Made by a program: the position numbers and the translations under genes
Shown here: positions 43,358-53,469 of the stretch, piece by piece
Numbering within the stretch: position 1 is the stretch's first letter
Layout of the letters: each line of letters opens with the position of its first letter
Source of the DNA: an uncultured Candidatus Actinomarina sp.
GTDB lineage: Bacteria; Actinomycetota; Acidimicrobiia; Actinomarinales; Actinomarinaceae
Reading direction: 5' to 3'
Assembly: GCA_902555985.1 (NCBI GenBank)
Contig: CACDUI010000005.1
Span: forward strand, 508-64,507
Length of the DNA stretch: 64,000 nt
The notes under the pieces: model-generated
Seen by the model: only the letters and a program-made list of their open reading frames with translations
Told to the model about the DNA's origin: nothing
The model's database searches: none

Positions 43358-44435
43358 TTAAAACACTTTCTTTATATTTATCAAATTCTGAGTTTAATAT
43401 ACTTTTTCTAACTTCGTTAAGAATATTTTCAGTCTGTACTATGTTGTGAAGTGTCAAGTAAAACCATGCTGATGTCGACTCGTTAGTTAGTAAATGTCTA
43501 AGATAAGCTTTAGAAAAATTTGAGCACACAAAACATTTACATCCAATTACTAAAGGATCAGTATCCTTCTTGTATTTACTATTTTTTAAATTAAAGAATT
43601 TCCCCCTGTTTATTATTTTGCCATGTCTTGCTAGCCTTGCGGGCCAGACACAGTCAAATATATCAACACCAAGTTCGATTAAATCTAACATTCCTTCAAT
43701 ATCACCAAGACCCATAACATACCGTAACTTGTTCTGAGGAAGCATTTCTACAGTAAAATCTACAATTTCTTTTCTTTCTTGCTGTGTCTCTCCTATTGCT
43801 AAACCTCCGATAGCATATCCGTTAAAATCAAGTGATAACATATCAATAGCTGATTTTTCCCTTAACTCCTTATGTTTACCTCCTTGAACGATTCCAAAAA
43901 GTGATTGGTTAGAGTTTGAGTGATGTTCGCGAGCCTCTAATGCCCAATTTTTAGTAGTTTGTATTGCATTTAATTGTTCATCATACTCTTTGTTAATGTC
44001 AATTAAGCTATCAAGTATCATTGCAATGTCACTGTTTAATGTTTGCTGAATGTCCATAGATAGAGTTGGATCCATAAAAAACTTAGACCCATCATATATA
44101 TTTTTAAATTCAATACCGTCATCATTAAATTTATTTGGAATTGACCACCCTTGGAATCCGCCTGAATCGGTTAGAATAACTTTGTTCCAACCAATAAAAT
44201 TATGTAAACCACCAAATTCTTTAATAACTTCTAAACCTGGTCGAAGGTAAAGATGGTAAGTATTAGCAAGGATTATGTCAGTATCATCTAAATAATTAAA
44301 TGGGAGTGACTTCAATGCTCCTCTGGTTGCAACAGGCATAAATAAAGGCGTTTGGAACTGCTTATTATTTAAAGTAACTTCATTAAGACGAGCTTTGCCA
44401 TCACGTGCTACTGTTTTTAATTCTATGTCATTCAT
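43350..44435 (-). CDS. tgt: tRNA-guanine transglycosylase
   Basis: TP.FMPV, NTYHL.LRPG, TDSGGFQ, FGIVQGG, CKC..C...H zinc site. Confidence 0.95.
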   Translation of the reverse strand: MNDIELKTVARDGKARLNEVTLNNKQFQTPLFMPVATRGALKSLPFNYLDDTDIILANTYHLYLRPGLEVIKEFGGLHNFIGWNKVILTDSGGFQGWSIPNKFNDDGIEFKNIYDGSKFFMDPTLSMDIQQTLNSDIAMILDSLIDINKEYDEQLNAIQTTKNWALEAREHHSNSNQSLFGIVQGGKHKELREKSAIDMLSLDFNGYAIGGLAIGETQQERKEIVDFTVEMLPQNKLRYVMGLGDIEGMLDLIELGVDIFDCVWPARLARHGKIINRGKFFNLKNSKYKKDTDPLVIGCKCFVCSNFSKAYLRHLLTNESTSAWFYLTLHNIVQTENILNEVRKSILNSEFDKYKESVLNG

Positions 44436-45423
44436 TTACTTTAAATAATACTGCATCACCAAAACTTAGAAATTTCATACCCGAATTTAAGGCATATTCA
44501 TAAAGTTCTATCCAATTATCTCCATATACACATGATACGATAGAAAGTAGTGAACTTTTTGGCGCATGAAAGTTTGTAACTAAGTAATTAGGAATATTAA
44601 TTTTCGAATCAGGAAATATGAAATAATCTGTACTGCCTTTTAAAGTACCCGTTAAATATGCAGACTCAACAGCTCGAAGAGTTGTCGTGCCTATACAATA
44701 GATATTCTTTTTTGTTTCTTTTGCACTTAAAATTTTATTAAAGTCAGATTCTTCAATACTATAATTCTCTTCATGAATATCATGATCATGCAAATATTTA
44801 ACTGTAACTGGTTTAAACGTATCAATATTCACGTCTAAATTTATATAAACAATTTCATGTCCTTGTTTTTTTAATAAATCAATCTGTTTGTTGGTAAAGT
44901 GTAATCCTGCAGTTGGAGATGCTACTGAAAAACCTCCATCAGAGAATTGATTATTGTAGTATTTATATTTCTTTGAATTATCTTCAATATACGGTGGTAA
45001 CGGTGTTATTCCATAGCTTTCAATAATTTCGTTTACTTTTTTATTTGTGTGAATATGAAATGTATCATTTTGAATTTTAATTATTTTAAATTTGAAATCG
45101 TCTAAATCATAAACCTTATTTAATTTTTTTGTATCAGAGGAGCGAATTAAACATTTTGCTATATTTTCACCTAATATTTCAAGAAAAAAAATCTCAATTG
45201 ATCCCTTGGTTTTTTTCTTTGTTTGCACTCTTACATTTCTAACAGTTGATTTATTTAATATGAAAAGAGAAGGTTGTTCAATTATTGTATTAAATTTTTT
45301 AAATTTTATTATTTCTTTGCTGCCAGCTAAAAGAAGTTTAGAATTATTTGGATTTTTGTATGGATTTTGATTTATTGAGTCTTTTGGTAGGTTGTAATCA
45401 AAAATATCAGATTTAAAAGGCAT
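44428..45423 (-). CDS. queA: S-adenosylmethionine:tRNA ribosyltransferase-isomerase
   Basis: FDYNLP, PLPPYI, SVASPTAGLHFT, GTTTLRAVES, TNFHAP.S, SFGDA motifs. Confidence 0.93.
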   Translation of the reverse strand: MPFKSDIFDYNLPKDSINQNPYKNPNNSKLLLAGSKEIIKFKKFNTIIEQPSLFILNKSTVRNVRVQTKKKTKGSIEIFFLEILGENIAKCLIRSSDTKKLNKVYDLDDFKFKIIKIQNDTFHIHTNKKVNEIIESYGITPLPPYIEDNSKKYKYYNNQFSDGGFSVASPTAGLHFTNKQIDLLKKQGHEIVYINLDVNIDTFKPVTVKYLHDHDIHEENYSIEESDFNKILSAKETKKNIYCIGTTTLRAVESAYLTGTLKGSTDYFIFPDSKINIPNYLVTNFHAPKSSLLSIVSCVYGDNWIELYEYALNSGMKFLSFGDAVLFKVNE

Positions 45424-45776
45424 TATTTGTTCATCAATTTAACAAATAAATCATATGACATTGTAACTACTTCAGGCATGCCATCAGAAGATCTTCTTGA
45501 ATTCCCATCTCTTTTCTTTAACTTCTTCCAAAATAAAATTGTATTTTCACTACCTGATTTATCGATAGCTTTATCTAATGATTGATGAATATTTAAATTT
45601 TGACGAGATTTGGCTTCAATATAATATTCTTCGTCACCAACAAGAAGCTGTATGTCGCCTAAATCGTTAGATCCGCCTTCAGCGAAACGTTGTGATTTAA
45701 ATAATTTATTTTTATTAAGTCTATTAACTATATTGGTTTCGTAAGTTGTTCCCTGTTTTTTTGCTTTATTTACCAT
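45423..45776 (-). CDS. Hjc-like / phage-type Holliday junction resolvase (PD-(D/E)XK)
   Basis: KKQGTTYE (G9, E13), R30, GDI (D41), IEAK (E54, K56) match the Hjc catalytic pattern; occupies the usual ruvCAB position. Confidence 0.7.
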   Translation of the reverse strand: MVNKAKKQGTTYETNIVNRLNKNKLFKSQRFAEGGSNDLGDIQLLVGDEEYYIEAKSRQNLNIHQSLDKAIDKSGSENTILFWKKLKKRDGNSRRSSDGMPEVVTMSYDLFVKLMNK

Positions 45777-45795
45777 ATCTAAATATTACTTTTAA

Positions 45796-46539
45796 TTATT
45801 CAGAAAGTAGTGACTCTAGTTCTTTTTCTTCTATGTCAAAATTTGCATAAACATCTTGTACATCGTCTAAATCTTCTAGAGATTCTATCAATTTAGTAAT
45901 TTGTGAAAATTGTGATGCATCTAAATTTATAGAAGTTGATGGTATATTTGCTACTTCAGCATTATCAGGGTTATATCCACTTTTCTTAAACATCTCATAT
46001 GTATTTTTAAAATTATTAGGTTCAAACTCAAAAGTAATCCCATTACTCAATTCTTGTATTTCTAAGCAATCGGAATTAATAGCAATCTCAATTAGTTGAT
46101 CATCGTATTGTTCAAATTGAAATATAGCTTTAAGTTCAAATAAATATGCTACGCTACCTGGATTACCCATTGATCCATTGTTTCTAGTTAATGCAGCCCT
46201 CACATCTGAAGATGTACGATTTTTATTATCTGTTAAACAATTTATCAGTATTGCAACACCGTGTGGACCATAACCTTCATAAGTAAGTTCAAATATTTCA
46301 CCTGCATCAGAATCTCCATCAATACGTTTAAGAGCCCTTTCAATATTGTCATTAGGTACTGAATTGGATTTAGCTTTTTGAATAGCTTGATATAGAGGTG
46401 CATTAGCCGAAGGGTCCGTACCGCCATTTTTTGCAGCAACTTCTATTGCCTTTATAAGTTTTGCAAATAACTTGCCTCTTTTAGCATCATTCGCACCTTT
46501 TTTCCTTTTAATGGTTGACCATTTAGAGTGTCCTGACAT
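45796..46539 (-). CDS. yebC: YebC/PmpR family protein
   Basis: MSGHSKWSTIKRKKG, YEGYGP.G, TDNKNRT, DDVQ.VY.N motifs. Confidence 0.96.
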   Translation of the reverse strand: MSGHSKWSTIKRKKGANDAKRGKLFAKLIKAIEVAAKNGGTDPSANAPLYQAIQKAKSNSVPNDNIERALKRIDGDSDAGEIFELTYEGYGPHGVAILINCLTDNKNRTSSDVRAALTRNNGSMGNPGSVAYLFELKAIFQFEQYDDQLIEIAINSDCLEIQELSNGITFEFEPNNFKNTYEMFKKSGYNPDNAEVANIPSTSINLDASQFSQITKLIESLEDLDDVQDVYANFDIEEKELESLLSE

Positions 46540-47104
46540 TTTCACCTTCCTTTATGAAATTGTCTAACCAATTTAAATAATATTTATCATTATTTAATTC
46601 TGGGTGGAAAGTTAAAGCAACAATATTATCTTGTTTTACTCCAACTATCTCTTCGTTATGTTTTGCAATTACTTCAACTTTGTCAGTTAGGATATTTGTA
46701 ATTTTAGGTGCCCTAATAAAACAGTAAATATCGTTATTATCATAAAAACTTACACTTCCCTCAAAAGATTCGGTTTGTCGTCCATACGCATTTCTTGTTA
46801 CTTGAATGTCAATATTTGGAATTGTAGTATCTCCTCCAATAACCTCTTTAGCTAACAATATTGTTCCCGCACATGTTGATAGTGTTGGTTTTCCTGATTT
46901 AATAAAATCATCTAATACACTAAATACTTTTAAATAGCTATCAATTTTCTTCATTGCTGTAGATTCACCACCGGGAAGTATTAAAGCATCTAAATCATAA
47001 ATATCTGCTTCATTTTTAATTAAAACTGGTGTAGCACCAATAGATAAAATACTTTTTGAATGGTCTAGAAAACTACCTTGGAATGAAAGTATTCCAACTT
47101 TCAA
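46523..47104 (-). CDS. pdxT: PLP synthase glutaminase subunit
   Basis: LPGGEST, TCAG, RNAYGRQ..SF, FIRAP, FHPEL motifs. Confidence 0.96.
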   Translation of the reverse strand: MKVGILSFQGSFLDHSKSILSIGATPVLIKNEADIYDLDALILPGGESTAMKKIDSYLKVFSVLDDFIKSGKPTLSTCAGTILLAKEVIGGDTTIPNIDIQVTRNAYGRQTESFEGSVSFYDNNDIYCFIRAPKITNILTDKVEVIAKHNEEIVGVKQDNIVALTFHPELNNDKYYLNWLDNFIKEGENVRTL

Positions 47105-47989
47105 TTACCAACCTCTTTTAGCTAATTTCTCTTCTTCAGAAAGCGTGTCTATATTAATTCCAACCATAGGTTCGCCTAAGTCTTTTGAAATTTCAGCCAA
47201 TACTTTAGGATCATTAAAATTTGTTGTTGCAATAACAATTGCTTCTGCTCTTTCCGCAGGATCGCCACTCTTAAAAATTCCGGATCCTACGAATACTCCG
47301 TCACAACCTAATTGCATCATAAGCGCTGCATCAGCTGGTGTGGCAATACCTCCAGCTGCAAAATTTACTACTGGCAATTTTTTTAATTCTTTAATCTCTT
47401 CCAAAACGTGTAGTGGAGCTCTAAATTTTTTACTTAAAGCCACAACTTCATTTTCATCACAAGCGATTACTTCATTTAATTCATTAATAATGGTCCTCAT
47501 ATGTCTAACAGCTTCTACTACATTACCTGTACCAGCTTCACCTTTAGTCCTAATCATTGATGCACCTTCAGCTATCCTTCTAGTTGCTTCGCCAAGTCCT
47601 GTTGCACCACAAACAAATGGAGCTTTAAAATTTTGTTTATTAATATGATTAACTTCATCTGCTGGAGTCAGGACTTCAGATTCATCCATAAAATCTATTC
47701 CAAGAGAATCTAAAATTTGCGCTTCTACAAAATGACCAATTCTAGCTTTAGCCATCACAGGGATTGAAACTGAATCCATTACTTCTTGAATAACACCTAC
47801 AGAAGACATTCGAGCTACTCCACCATCCGCTCTTATATCGGCAGGTATTCTTTCCAGTGCCATAACAGCTGATGCTCCTGCTTTTTCTGCAATTCTTGCT
47901 TGCTCAGCGTTTACCACATCCATAATGACTCCACCTTTGAGCATCTCTGCTAAGCCTCTTTTAACTTTATTTGTTGATTCAATTTTCAT
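47105..47989 (-). CDS. pdxS: PLP synthase lyase subunit
   Basis: [43 protein letters not shown] motifs. Confidence 0.98.
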   Translation of the reverse strand: MKIESTNKVKRGLAEMLKGGVIMDVVNAEQARIAEKAGASAVMALERIPADIRADGGVARMSSVGVIQEVMDSVSIPVMAKARIGHFVEAQILDSLGIDFMDESEVLTPADEVNHINKQNFKAPFVCGATGLGEATRRIAEGASMIRTKGEAGTGNVVEAVRHMRTIINELNEVIACDENEVVALSKKFRAPLHVLEEIKELKKLPVVNFAAGGIATPADAALMMQLGCDGVFVGSGIFKSGDPAERAEAIVIATTNFNDPKVLAEISKDLGEPMVGINIDTLSEEEKLAKRGW

Positions 47990-48004
47990 ATATTTAATAA
48001 TACA

Positions 48005-48994
48005 TCATAAGTTTGTATATATAGAAATGAACTCCTTCATATTTTTATCTAAATCATATTTTTTTATTTCTTCATATTGATTTTTCCAAAGTTCAGCTAA
48101 TTTACTGTGAGTTAGATTTGAAAGAACTTCAATTAATGAATCAAAATCTTTATTTTTAAATACAATATGCGATTCAACAAGTACATTTTTAAACGCATTC
48201 AAATTACTTGTAATTGCTAAGTTACCATTATTTACAGCTTCTAATATTGTTATACCAAAACTTTCACTTTTAGTATTTAACGCAAGATATATATTCGTTA
48301 GTTTAAATATATCCTTTTTTTGATTTTCACTTGGATTTATATAAACTTCTATAATTTTTGAATAAATTAATTTATTTGTGATTGCAATAAATTTTGAATT
48401 TTTGAAATTTTTATGATCTGACAATAATTTAAAGTATTCAAAATTTTTACGTTTTTCTTGTCTTCCAATAAATAAATATCCTTTTTCTTCACTAAACGAC
48501 ACATCTTTATTTATTTTTATCATATTTGGAATTAACTGACTTTTATTGTTTAAAGTTAAAGCATTATTCATAGAATCTTTGCTTACATGAGTACTTGAAG
48601 AATTAAATGAAAATAACTTATATAAAATTTTTAATAAAAAAAGCACATACGGATGAAGTGCTGCATGATGTGTAAATACATATTTAATATTTTTAGGCAA
48701 TCTCCAAAATAATATTGGGACAAAAGGTTCATGCACATGCACAACATCTGCCCAACTTAAATATTGTTTAAAAAGTTCTCTATTTGGAAATAACATAACC
48801 GAAGAAACTGACGAATTAAATGGAATATTGAATATTAAAGATTTGTCTAGTTTTTTATGTTTTCCATGAGCAAAAACTTTAACTTTAAATTCTTCGTGTG
48901 TATCGAGGTACTCTTCAATTAAATTAACTTGACTTTGAACTCCCCCATATTTTTTAAAGGAATATGGAGTTAAAAGGAGAACGTTAGTACTCAC
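48005..48994 (-). CDS. pimA: GT4 glycosyltransferase, phosphatidylinositol mannosyltransferase PimA-like
   Basis: PYS....GGVQ, HVHEP, GR.E.RK, ESFGI..LEA motifs; third gene of the pgsA1-patA-pimA operon; GTG at 48994 preferred. Confidence 0.85.
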   Translation of the reverse strand: MSTNVLLLTPYSFKKYGGVQSQVNLIEEYLDTHEEFKVKVFAHGKHKKLDKSLIFNIPFNSSVSSVMLFPNRELFKQYLSWADVVHVHEPFVPILFWRLPKNIKYVFTHHAALHPYVLFLLKILYKLFSFNSSSTHVSKDSMNNALTLNNKSQLIPNMIKINKDVSFSEEKGYLFIGRQEKRKNFEYFKLLSDHKNFKNSKFIAITNKLIYSKIIEVYINPSENQKKDIFKLTNIYLALNTKSESFGITILEAVNNGNLAITSNLNAFKNVLVESHIVFKNKDFDSLIEVLSNLTHSKLAELWKNQYEEIKKYDLDKNMKEFISIYTNL

Positions 48995-49832
48995 TTGTCC
49001 ATACGGGTTGTATTGAGTGCCATTGATTTGGATCAAGAAGTATTAATTTTTCTAACTCTTTACTTAAAACTTTTAAACCATGTTGAATACTTTGTGCATC
49101 ATTTTCAAAGTGTGGAACAATAAACGGTTTACCAAAAATTAATTTATATTCATTATCGATATTTATAAAAGCAGCGGGTATAACTGGTAATTGAGTCTGA
49201 AGTGATAGTGCTATAGGACCTTTTGGAAAAGCAGCCATTTGATTAAAAAACTCAACACCAACACCACTATTTCCTACATGTCGATCAGCTAATAAGCATA
49301 CATGGAATCCTTCTGATAAATGATTTACCAATTTTTCATATGTATTTTGGCCTTTACCGCCTAATATAATTTTACATCCCAATGACTCTCGCAATCTTGT
49401 GAACCAATTAAGAATATCTTTATCATCAAGAGGTTCGGCAACTGCCATAAGATTAAGATCTAGTTTTTGACCCATTGGAATAGCAAATTCCCAATTTCCT
49501 GTATGAGGGAGTGCAATAATATATGAATTATAATTTTTATTTAATTTTCTAACTTCATGCTCATTTACAATTTCAACATTGTCATAAACTTGATTTTTAT
49601 AACCTTCTTTTGATAACCAAATAGTTTCTATCCAATACTTTACGTAATTAATTTTGACTTTTAATACTGAATAATTTTCAATATATGTTTTTCGTTTTGA
49701 TAGTCTATAACTGTTAAAGGGTGTAAATATAAAATATAAAAACCCTATTGGATAAGATATAAATGATAACTTACGAATATTTAAACCCTTTATAAATTTA
49801 TGTAAATTAATGATTATTTTATATTTAGTCAT
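48984..49832 (-). CDS. patA: Phosphatidylinositol mannoside acyltransferase
   Basis: ALPHTGNWE, AVAE.L, CLLADR, V.FF....FP.GP, QWH.IQP.W motifs. Confidence 0.85.
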   Translation of the reverse strand: MTKYKIIINLHKFIKGLNIRKLSFISYPIGFLYFIFTPFNSYRLSKRKTYIENYSVLKVKINYVKYWIETIWLSKEGYKNQVYDNVEIVNEHEVRKLNKNYNSYIIALPHTGNWEFAIPMGQKLDLNLMAVAEPLDDKDILNWFTRLRESLGCKIILGGKGQNTYEKLVNHLSEGFHVCLLADRHVGNSGVGVEFFNQMAAFPKGPIALSLQTQLPVIPAAFINIDNEYKLIFGKPFIVPHFENDAQSIQHGLKVLSKELEKLILLDPNQWHSIQPVWTSEY

Positions 49833-50397
49833 TTAGATGATTATATAAGTAGAGAAATCTTTGGAAAGCTGTAATCCAAGTAATAACTGCAAAAATATAA
49901 ACGTAAAGAAAATGAAAATCAAAAAACATAAATAGTACTGCAAAAATAACTCTTTCTGGTCTCGCAGCTATACCTTTTTTGTTTTCTAAACCATAAGATT
50001 CTGATTTAGCTCTCATGTAAGGAATTAAATTAGATGAAACAATAATTGCAAATATAGTAAATAACTCTATATCTGTGTCTGTGTATGATATTCCTACAAC
50101 ACTCCAAATTATTAATTCACCAATTCTGTCTATCAATGAATCTAATATTGCGCCACTTTCAGATTGTAAATTGGTTTCTCTCGCATAAGGTCCATCTAAA
50201 CCATCTATAGCACTACCAAGGAAAATCAAAATGATACCTAGTTGTATATTTCCTAAATAAAAAAAATATGAACCAAAAAGTATAACTACAACCCCTGCAA
50301 TAGATACCGTATTGGGCTTTACTTTAATAATTTTAAGAATTTTAATAAAAGGTTTAGCGAATGATTCTGAATACTTCTTAAAATATTTCTCAAGCAT
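49825..50397 (-). CDS. pgsA1: Phosphatidylinositol phosphate synthase (CDP-alcohol phosphatidyltransferase)
   Basis: DGLDG..AR, GA.LDS.IDR, Y.RAKSES.G, RPER motifs; PIM operon context. Confidence 0.85.
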   Translation of the reverse strand: MLEKYFKKYSESFAKPFIKILKIIKVKPNTVSIAGVVVILFGSYFFYLGNIQLGIILIFLGSAIDGLDGPYARETNLQSESGAILDSLIDRIGELIIWSVVGISYTDTDIELFTIFAIIVSSNLIPYMRAKSESYGLENKKGIAARPERVIFAVLFMFFDFHFLYVYIFAVITWITAFQRFLYLYNHLND

Positions 50398-50875
50398 TTA
50401 TATTTTCTGTATAAGGTTCAGTAACAATCTCTCCACTTAATGCATTTATTTCTACAATTGTTTTAAATTGAGGCGGATTTTCATGAGAATAAACAATCAC
50501 TGTCCACACGGGTGTAAGAATATTTCTAATTGAAAACAAAAATGTTAAAGCAATTGAGTAATAGCCAATTGAGTGCTCTATAGAATCAGTTATCTTTTCA
50601 ATAACTTCCTGCTGCTGAATTCTGAATTTATTATCAATCAAAAAAAGCAAAATAACAACTGAAAGAAGAATTATAAAAGTTGGAGTAAAAGTAACAAAAT
50701 CAATAACTAGAGATGTAAGGTATGTTATTACTAATACAGCAAATACAAAAAAAGGATACTGAGATCTCTTACGGGGATCAGGCACTACATAACTTCCAAC
50801 TGCTAGTGAGTTTAAATCATCCGGTAATAACGTCTCCTCAGCAACTTCTTTATCTATTTCAATTCCATCAACCAT
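50390..50875 (-). CDS. Hypothetical membrane protein
   Basis: Two TM helices; C-terminal W.V.VYS.ENPP....VEINA.SGEI (PepSY-like); overlaps neighbours in the operon. Confidence 0.7.
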   Translation of the reverse strand: MVDGIEIDKEVAEETLLPDDLNSLAVGSYVVPDPRKRSQYPFFVFAVLVITYLTSLVIDFVTFTPTFIILLSVVILLFLIDNKFRIQQQEVIEKITDSIEHSIGYYSIALTFLFSIRNILTPVWTVIVYSHENPPQFKTIVEINALSGEIVTEPYTENINA

Positions 50876-52805
50876 TTAGATTAAACTCCGGTTCTTTAAG
50901 TAATTTACGAACAATTTTAATACCCTCTTTATATTCAATATCTTTATTATTGTCCTGATCAAAAATATTTATAGCCATCGTGCTATTTTCATAATCTTTT
51001 TCACCAACAATAATTTGTATTGGTGTTTTAGATTTTTCAGAATTATGAATTTTTTCCCCTAATCTAATATTTCGATCATCTAATGTAACTCTAAATCCTT
51101 TTAGGTCACGTATTATTTTATCAGTATATTTTTCTACATTACCAATAGTTAGCACATCAACTTGATTTGGAGATAACCATCCAGGTAAATTTCCAGCATA
51201 ATGCTCAAGTAAAACTGCGGTAAATCTCTCAACAGATCCTAGTAAAGCTCTATGTATCATTACCGGTTTTTCTTTTTTATTGTCTGAATTTACAAATTCT
51301 ATATTAAAGTTATCGGGTTGTGCGAAATCTATTTGAATAGTACTTAATTGCCATCTTCTACCGATAGCATCTTTTGCATGTAAATCTATTTTTGGGCCAT
51401 AAAATGCTCCTTCACCATCAGCAATTTGATACGGTACACCTAACTCTGTTAACGATTGTTTTAAACTACTTGTAGCGTTATCCCAATCACTATCACTACC
51501 AATATATTTTTTTGGTTTAGTAGATAAATCTGCTTCAATTTCTGTCAGTCCATAACTACCTAATAACTTTACAGAAAAAGAAAGCAATGTTTTAACTTCA
51601 TCATTTATTTGATCTTTGGTACAAAATATATGAGCATCGTCTTGTGTAAATCCTCGAAGTCTTAGTAATCCATGTAAAACACCAGTTTTTTCATATCGAT
51701 ATACAGATCCGAATTCAAAATATCTTAATGGTAATTCTTTATAGGAATGAAGATCACTTTTGTATACAAGAATATGAAAAGGACAATTCATAGGTTTCAA
51801 ATAATAAGTTTCATTGTTTTCTTCATGATTAATTGGCGGATACATATTTTCGCTATAGTGTTCAAGATGTCCTGATGTTTCCCATAAAACAGACTTTCCT
51901 ATATGAGGTGTATTAACTAATGAATAACCGTTATCCAGATGAGCTCTTTTACTATAACTTTCTATGACATCACGCAAAACTGCACCTTTTGGTTTCCATA
52001 GAAAATTTCCTGAACCTAATTCTTCACTAGATGTAAATAGATTTAATTCATTACCTAATTTTCTGTGATCACGCTTTTCAGCTTCCTCTTGCTGAGTTAA
52101 GTATGTGTTTAAATCTTCTTTAGTGAACCAAGAAGTTCCATATATTCTTTGTAGTTGTACATTTGCTTCATCACCGCGCCAATATGCTCCTGATATTTTT
52201 GTTAATTTAAAATGTTTTAATAAACCAGTATTAGGTAAGTGAGGACCCATACACAAATCAACAAATTTATTATTTGTATACAGAGAAACTGATTCATTAC
52301 CAACGCCTTCACCAGTTTCGGCTGATTCAATAAGTTCTTTTTTTAAATTTTGATTTTTAAAAAGTTTAATAGCTTCCTTTTTGGAAATTTCACTCCGTAT
52401 AAACGATTGCGAACTTTTTGATATTTTTTTCATTTCTAACTCTATATTTAGTAAGTCACTTTCTTTTATAGGATTAGAAAATAAAAAATCATAATAAAAA
52501 CCATTTTCGATACTTGGACCAACGCCAAATTGTGCATCCGGATAAATATTTAATACAGCCTGAGCTAATATATGCGCTGATGAATGTCTAAGTATATGCA
52601 ATGCATCTAGATCTTTATTTGTAACTATTCTTACTGTATTGTTTTCAGTAATTGAAAATGATAAGTCTTTAAAAGTATTGTTTATTTCAATACAAATAGC
52701 ATCCTTTAATAGCCTTGGACCAATACTCTCAGCTATTTGATACCCAGTAACAGGTGAATCATAATTCCTTATTGATCCATCAGGTAATTTAATGTCGATA
52801 CTCAT
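50868..52805 (-). CDS. thrS: Threonine--tRNA ligase
   Basis: TGS domain, RHSSAH, DLC.GPH, RDHRKLG, KPMNCPFH, RGFTQDDAH, MIHRA motifs. Confidence 0.98.
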   Translation of the reverse strand: MSIDIKLPDGSIRNYDSPVTGYQIAESIGPRLLKDAICIEINNTFKDLSFSITENNTVRIVTNKDLDALHILRHSSAHILAQAVLNIYPDAQFGVGPSIENGFYYDFLFSNPIKESDLLNIELEMKKISKSSQSFIRSEISKKEAIKLFKNQNLKKELIESAETGEGVGNESVSLYTNNKFVDLCMGPHLPNTGLLKHFKLTKISGAYWRGDEANVQLQRIYGTSWFTKEDLNTYLTQQEEAEKRDHRKLGNELNLFTSSEELGSGNFLWKPKGAVLRDVIESYSKRAHLDNGYSLVNTPHIGKSVLWETSGHLEHYSENMYPPINHEENNETYYLKPMNCPFHILVYKSDLHSYKELPLRYFEFGSVYRYEKTGVLHGLLRLRGFTQDDAHIFCTKDQINDEVKTLLSFSVKLLGSYGLTEIEADLSTKPKKYIGSDSDWDNATSSLKQSLTELGVPYQIADGEGAFYGPKIDLHAKDAIGRRWQLSTIQIDFAQPDNFNIEFVNSDNKKEKPVMIHRALLGSVERFTAVLLEHYAGNLPGWLSPNQVDVLTIGNVEKYTDKIIRDLKGFRVTLDDRNIRLGEKIHNSEKSKTPIQIIVGEKDYENSTMAINIFDQDNNKDIEYKEGIKIVRKLLKEPEFNLNG

Positions 52806-52890
52806 GCTTTAATATTAATCTCTATTGAATGTAAATTTGAAGTTCCTCGTTAATTAAAATAATCATTCAAAAAAACTATAAAATATATAT

Positions 52891-53469
52891 ATGAAAAATA
52901 ATATCAAATTTTCAAAACATGAAATTATTTATCTATTTACAAAAATTAATAAGAAATACAATATTGAATTTAGTTATGCATTTATAAATGAATACCAATT
53001 ATTAAATAATTCTGTAAAAATATTTACAGAGTCTAATAATGAAATGAGTTCTATTGATATAAGAAATCTAAATATATATTCACTAAATAAAAAAGCATTA
53101 AAGCAAATAACTAATTATTCAGAAATTGACCCAAAAAACTTTGTAAAACACACGGGAAATAACAAATTTAACAAGTTTGATTTAAAAAAAATTATTAAAC
53201 AAATTAAAAATCGGCATACTGACAATAGACCTGAATTGATGTGTTTATATGCATATATTTACAATTATTATATAAATGCAAATTACAATAATTATTCATT
53301 ATTTCTTTCAAAAAAGTTAAATTATTCTGATAATTATATTAAAAATCTTTCAAAAGAGTTATTTATTGATAAATACTTAATTAAAAATACCACAGGTGTT
53401 GCAGGCGGTATTTTTAGTAAAAAAACTTTAAAAAAGTTTAATTCTCAAGAATTTCAACAGTATTTATAA
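52891..53469 (+). CDS. Hypothetical, extremely AT-rich protein with possible C-terminal HTH
   Basis: 192-codon open frame in very stop-prone AT-rich DNA; TAAAAT -10 box 6 nt before ATG. Confidence 0.6.
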   Translation: MKNNIKFSKHEIIYLFTKINKKYNIEFSYAFINEYQLLNNSVKIFTESNNEMSSIDIRNLNIYSLNKKALKQITNYSEIDPKNFVKHTGNNKFNKFDLKKIIKQIKNRHTDNRPELMCLYAYIYNYYINANYNNYSLFLSKKLNYSDNYIKNLSKELFIDKYLIKNTTGVAGGIFSKKTLKKFNSQEFQQYL

